Shown here piece after piece: positions 61,607 to 64,000 of a stretch of DNA of 64,000 nucleotides. The notes beneath the pieces are model-generated. The model saw only the letters and a program-made list of their open reading frames with translations, was not told the origin of the DNA and searched no databases. The stretch is from Octopus vulgaris (Eukaryota). A program made the translations under genes and the position numbers. The stretch spans positions 44,888,001 through 44,952,000 of the forward strand of contig OX597824.1 in the NCBI GenBank assembly GCA_951406725.2, given 5' to 3'. Within the stretch, counting starts at the first letter, position 1, and each line of letters begins with the position of its first letter.

Positions 61607-64000
61607 CCTGGTCTACATTATCCTACAGAATTATGCATTTCACACCGTGGGAAAAGGCAGAACAGTGTTAACGGGTTACCATTGACGGGTTAGCCACTTA
61701 TTGCAGTTCAACTGTGATATGATCTCCATTGCATAACCACCCCCCATCTCATGACCTCGGGCAATTGGCCATCCCCTTATGCACGTGTTCATGTGTTCCT
61801 CCCGGTTATTTGACTTACAGGATCGATTTCTCTGTTGCAATGGCTCGTCCATTTGCTCCTACAAGCAAGCAACCTTCTTGAAATCTTTCTTAGAAGTCCT
61901 CCTGGTTAGGATAGTGCTGTGAATCCCACATTTCAGAAACACATCCAACCATTCGATTACTCTGCCTTCCACCCACTTCCCTCATGGTAAGTTGGTCATA
62001 GCCACTATTCAGTTTTTGCTTACTTTCCTTTTGCAAAGATATACCCTTTACAGTTTAAACTGTTGCTACCCATTGTGTGCAATTGCTCATTAACTCTGCT
62101 TTATTAAGACTTTCCATTATTTCTGCCCCTCTTACACTCTTTTTCTAGGTAAATGCCTCCAAAGAAAAGACCTTTTGTCGGACAAAGAACACTGGAAGCA
62201 GTTCAACAAGCAAGAAGGAGGTCAAGCAGTCAGCCTGACAGAACAACTAACCATCCATTACCGGTGTCACCTGTGTCCCCATTCAACTACTGGTGTACTG
62301 TCCGTCGGCTATGCAAAACAGCTTCACAAGTTGCTGCTCGAGCGTCCGAGAGTGAAGACCAGCATGCTGATTGCAAATCTTAAAATGCTGCCACCTGCGC
62401 TGCTGAAATGGAAGAACAGCATAGCCTGTGTCTGCTTTGAAATGCCAAAGCAACTGCTGCTGCCCAGGCTAATGCAACAGAAGGTCAACGAGCACTATGC
62501 TGGTCCCGTGATGTGGCAGCAAGGGCTCCCACACAAGCTGCCGAACCCGAACAACGACGTGCTCAACAACGGTCTGGCAATACAGCCTCAACAGCGTCTG
62601 CCTGAGCTGCTGAAACACAAGAACAGCATTCATGACAGCAGTCACATAATGCTGCTTCAATTGCGTCCATGCAAGCTAATGAATCTGAACAGCAACATGT
62701 TCAACGACAGTCCAGCAATGCAGCCTCTGCAGCTGCTGTTTGCAATGCCAGAAAAGGGGTCTTCCTCATGCTCATATCCTAATTTGGTTGTCCACATGGA
62801 TTGCATCCAATGCAAGTGACAATTTGATCTCAGCCGACTTCCCTGACCCCGCTATCAACAGATTATTGCCTCGGCAGTGAAGTGTACATGTTCACCCGGG
62901 TCATCAAGAATGCTTCTACCTCTGATTGCTGCTTCATGAGGTAAGGGGTCAGCAAGAAATCCCCAAAACAATTCCTCCAGAAAACACAATCCGGGCACGA
63001 TGGGTACCCTCTGTACAGGCGAAGGAAACCAGAGGACAGTGGATTCACAGCACATGTTGGTCCGTATGAAGTAGACAACAGATGGATAGTGCCTTACTGC
63101 CCAATCCTGTCGAAGGCATTCGATGCTCACATAAATGTCGAGCTCTGCAATTCTGTAAAGTCCATCAAATATGTATGCAAGTACATCAACGAAGGCTCTG
63201 ATGCTACTGTGTTCAGCCTGCAACCAGACGGAGTCTGAGATGAAATAACGCAATACCAAGTAGGCAGGTACATAAGTAGTAATGAAGCCTTCTGGCACAT
63301 TTTGGGGTTTCCACAGCATCAAAGCATCCACCAATCCAGCAGCTTGCAGTGCACCTTGAAAGCGGCCAGCATGTGTACTTCACCACTTCCACTGCTGCTC
63401 AACTGATTGAGCAACCAAAAGATACAACACTCACAGCTTTCTTCAAACTCTGCCAGGTAGACCTGTTTGCGCAAGATCTGCTTTATCCTCAAGTCCCATC
63501 ATACTACACATGGAGTAAGTGTAAGTGGCAGTGAAGGAAGTCAGGCTGAACCGTTGATGGTTACTCTGAGATTAAATTTGATTATTGCCTCGGCAGAGTG
63601 TACATGTTCACCCGGGTCATCAAGAATGCTTCTACCTCTGATTGCTGCTTCATGAGGTAAGGGGTCAAAAGTCCTTCAACTAATTAAAGACCATGAATAG
63701 CCATACATGTGGAGAGCCTGCTTACTACGTGGGCTGCTAGAAGACGGTGCACAGTGGGATGCTACATTTGTGGAGGCTGCTGTTTCACAGTCACCGAAAC
63801 GTCTCAGAGCTCTGTTTTCTGTACTCCTGCACATTTGCCAACTTTCCGATTCCCATTCATTGTGGTTAAAGTACAGACATGACCTATCAGAAGACTTCCA
63901 TTACCAGGCCCAACTGCATCATACCTACTTGCCTGCTGAAAATAATTTCATTTACAACTGTGCTTTACTTGACATAGAGAACAAAACTGTTTCTCTGGGA

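Larger units (their letters stand above)
59604..64000 (+). mobile_element. Helitron with decayed Rep/helicase, running off the window
   Basis: 5' end A|TCTATAGTATATATATAAAA. MPPKKR at 62153, then DGYPLYRRR, DNRWIVPY.P.LS..F.AHINVE.C.SVKSIKY.CKYI, GRYISSNEA.W.IFGF, L.VHLE.GQ.VYF, TTLTAFF.LC. Internal deletion and nested SINE/RTE. Confidence 0.9.

Noticed and set aside
62175-62819. 214-aa ORF
   Set aside because: It is an alternative frame over the stop-interrupted Helitron N-terminal repeats.

Overview
AT-rich, repeat-dense eukaryotic DNA. The repeat content (RTE LINEs with an internal zinc finger and (GAT)n tails, tRNA-type SINEs, abundant TA/TG microsatellites) suggests an octopus or other coleoid cephalopod; this is inference, not a database result. 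Host genes: (1) a minus-strand, three-coding-exon ARL14EP-like gene (55189-54773, 42035-41914, 35285-35063, about 253 aa). Its first exon encodes a CENP-B/pogo(Tc5)-type helix-turn-helix spliced in frame to the cysteine-rich ARF7EP_C domain, and its last exon is duplicated at 12608-12830. (2) A decayed replication-dependent histone cluster: an intact H2B (21780-22154) plus head-to-head H3 and H4 pseudogenes, all three with 3' stem-loops. The rest is mostly nested, decayed transposable elements (RTE, Tx1/L1-like, CR1-like, Penelope with hammerhead relics, Ty3/Gypsy, DD37D and Tc1 transposons, Helitrons, MITEs, SINEs). There are also many perfect foldback or templated duplications, including a palindrome with 211-bp arms. 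The best novelty candidate is the putative transposase-DNA-binding-domain/ARL14EP fusion gene. All calls were made by eye; no searches were run.
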